A DNA stretch of 17,657 bases, taken from Chitinivibrionales bacterium (GTDB taxonomy: Bacteria; Fibrobacterota; Chitinivibrionia; Chitinivibrionales; WJKA01). Location of the stretch: contig JBBRUX010000063.1 of NCBI GenBank assembly GCA_038247415.1, forward strand, positions 1-17,657. The letters are read 5' to 3'. This document shows positions 15,717 through 17,657 of the stretch, piece by piece; the stretch's first letter is position 1, and each line of letters begins with the position of its first letter. The position numbers were made by a program, and so were the translations under genes. The notes beneath the pieces were generated by a model. It was not told the origin of the DNA and made no database searches. It saw nothing but the letters and a program-made list of their open reading frames with translations.

Positions 15717-17477
15717 GTTAATTCCCTTGATATGCTGCAGAATGTGGCGATTGAGCAGATCTGTCAACTCTGCTTTGCGAAAAGGTTTGCAAAGGCTTGC
15801 TGTAAAACCATAGTTGCCGGGGTTGGCAATAATGGGATCAGATGCATAACCGCTTGCAACAAATACCGGCACCGATTGAGAAATTTTTCTTATTTCGACA
15901 ATAGCATCTCTTCCCCCCATTTTTCCAGGTATGGTAAGGTCGAATATCATACCTGCAACATTCTCCTTGTTTGTTTGTTCTACAAAGTAATCTATGGCTT
16001 CTTGCCCATGTTCTTTTATAACAACGGTATAGCCAAACGATGTGAGCATCGAACCAATTGTCTCTTGTATGACTTTTTCGTCGTCCATGAGCAGAAAAAT
16101 ACCACTACCCTGGTGCTGCGTTTGGACATTCTGAACAGATGCGATAGCGCTCTTTTTAGATGCGGGGATATAAACAGTAAAGGTACTTCCTTTACCTGGT
16201 TCTGAGCATACGTCGATTGCGCCGCTATGCTTGTGGATGATAGAATGTGACGTAGCGAGTCCTAATCCATGGCATTTTGGTTTAGTGGAATAAAACGGGT
16301 CGAATATGCGCCCAATAAATTCGGTGGGTATACCGATTCCTTGATCGCGAATTGATATCTTGACATAATCTCCTGCCATAAGAATGATGTGTTCATTGGG
16401 TGTAAACGTTTGATTATGTAATGTAATACATAGCGTCCCACCAGAAGGCATTGCCTGTTGTGCATTTATAACAATGTTATCGATTACTTGTCCAATTTGG
16501 TTTTTATCGAAATTTGCTGGCCAAAGATCGTGAGCACAATCGAATTGACATGAGATGGATGACCCGCTCAGGGCAAATTGAGCAGTTTCCTGAATAAAGG
16601 GAACGAGATGGGCGATAGTTTTTATAGGTGCTCCACCTTTTGCAAATGTCAACAATTGTTGGGTGAGAGCACGAGCGCGATCGATAGTACCAAGTGTTTT
16701 AGCGAGATAGCTCTTAACCTGTTTTTCTGTTGATACTTCGTTGGCCATGTCGAGGTAGCCAAAAATACCGCCCAAGAGATTATTGAAATCGTGTGCAATT
16801 CCACCCGCCAGCACCCCTAATGATTCGAGTTTTTGCATTTGATTGATCTGGAAATCAAGCTTCGCGCGTTCTGTTTCTGCTTGTTTACGTTCGGTAATGT
16901 CGCGTGATATACAAATTATTTCCAAGACTTCACCAGAATCTGGATGAGTGAGCGTTTTATTGTTCGTTTCGAGCCAGCAGTAGGTCCCATCTTTGCACTT
17001 AATCCTATAGGATATTAGATCGACGGCAGCTTCTTTTATAACGGTAGTATGATTTTTTTGAATTGCAGCACTATCATCGGGATGAAAGAGCGTATAGGGG
17101 TTAACCCCGATGAGCTCCTGCGGTTCATATCCCAGAATAGATTTACAAGAAGGTGAAACATAGGCGTATCGGCCATCGGGATGATGGCGGGTAATCATGT
17201 CATTAGAATTTTCGGCTAAAATACGGTAGGTTGCTTCGCTTGTTCGCAGGGCAAATTCGGTGTTTTTGCTTTCGGTTATATCATGAATCATGCCAAAAAT
17301 TTGGTAAGGTTTACCATTTGGCAATCGGCTGTAAATAGTTTCGTGTGAAACAAGCCATCGCCAATCTCCATTTTTATGTTTCATTCTGTATTGAGAAACA
17401 ATTTCTTGATTATCTTTTGCAGTGATATACTGGGGGAATGTTTCATTCTGGTATGTTTTTAGGTCGTCGGGGTGCAT
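15708..17477 (-). CDS. PAS-domain hybrid sensor histidine kinase/response regulator (probably 5'-truncated)
   Basis: PAS/PAC motifs (HPDD, DITE), H-box LAGGIAHDFNNLL, N-box NIVINAQQAM, G boxes DQGIGI and GLGLA, receiver LLMDDE..DLTIP..KPF. Overlaps the prfC 3' end by 9 bp, convergently. Confidence 0.92.
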   Translation of the reverse strand: MHPDDLKTYQNETFPQYITAKDNQEIVSQYRMKHKNGDWRWLVSHETIYSRLPNGKPYQIFGMIHDITESKNTEFALRTSEATYRILAENSNDMITRHHPDGRYAYVSPSCKSILGYEPQELIGVNPYTLFHPDDSAAIQKNHTTVIKEAAVDLISYRIKCKDGTYCWLETNNKTLTHPDSGEVLEIICISRDITERKQAETERAKLDFQINQMQKLESLGVLAGGIAHDFNNLLGGIFGYLDMANEVSTEKQVKSYLAKTLGTIDRARALTQQLLTFAKGGAPIKTIAHLVPFIQETAQFALSGSSISCQFDCAHDLWPANFDKNQIGQVIDNIVINAQQAMPSGGTLCITLHNQTFTPNEHIILMAGDYVKISIRDQGIGIPTEFIGRIFDPFYSTKPKCHGLGLATSHSIIHKHSGAIDVCSEPGKGSTFTVYIPASKKSAIASVQNVQTQHQGSGIFLLMDDEKVIQETIGSMLTSFGYTVVIKEHGQEAIDYFVEQTNKENVAGMIFDLTIPGKMGGRDAIVEIRKISQSVPVFVASGYASDPIIANPGNYGFTASLCKPFRKAELTDLLNRHILQHIKGINLP

Positions 17478-17581
17478 GAGGGTTGGAATTAATTGTTCGC
17501 CTAATTCTTTGAGCTCTGTGCTGGTCGACTTAATTTGACAGAAAAAACGTATTCGTTAGTTGGATTCCCCTTTTTATAGCA

Positions 17582-17604
17582 TCACGCTGCCAACGGCAGC
17601 GTGA
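17582..17604. repeat. Perfect 10-bp inverted repeat (REP-like hairpin or terminator)
   Basis: TCACGCTGCC-AAC-GGCAGCGTGA. Confidence 0.55.
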
Positions 17605-17657
17605 CTTCGCCAATATAAATTTCCATCGGGTAATTGTAAAGTAATGCCGAATGTTCC

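Noticed and set aside
371..16465. Numerous short antisense or nested ORFs (e.g. 1204-1476, 3131-3481, 5966-6514, 13389-13853, 14640-15134, 15732-16205)
   Set aside because: They are shadows of well-supported genes on the other strand or frame and carry no recognisable motifs.

Overview
Bacterial chromosomal window, moderately AT-rich. Two exported proteins end in a '(Y/F)xLLG(K/R)' tail, suggesting Fibrobacterota or a related FCB lineage (inference). The backbone holds yciH/SUI1, yaiI, a coiled-coil hypothetical, a membrane-anchored AraC protein, a transglutaminase-like protein, tRNA-Pro(CGG), an M16 peptidase, tRNA-Ala(GGC), an AEC transporter, prfC and a PAS hybrid histidine kinase. There are two accessory patches. 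The first (~260-2800) holds an orphan Rhs toxin C-terminus, candidate immunity genes and a broken PIN-type toxin-antitoxin pair. The second (~10950-12810) is a secreted S1/P1-nuclease-like gene downstream of tRNA-Ala. The most notable signal is non-coding: six copies (three long, ~145-160 nt; three short, ~50-60 nt) of a multi-hairpin element. Its stems differ in sequence between copies but stay paired, and it favours C-GNA-G triloops on one strand. The copies bracket both accessory patches, and one sits where the PIN gene is cut off. No transposase or integrase is in the window, so the mechanism is inferred, not shown.
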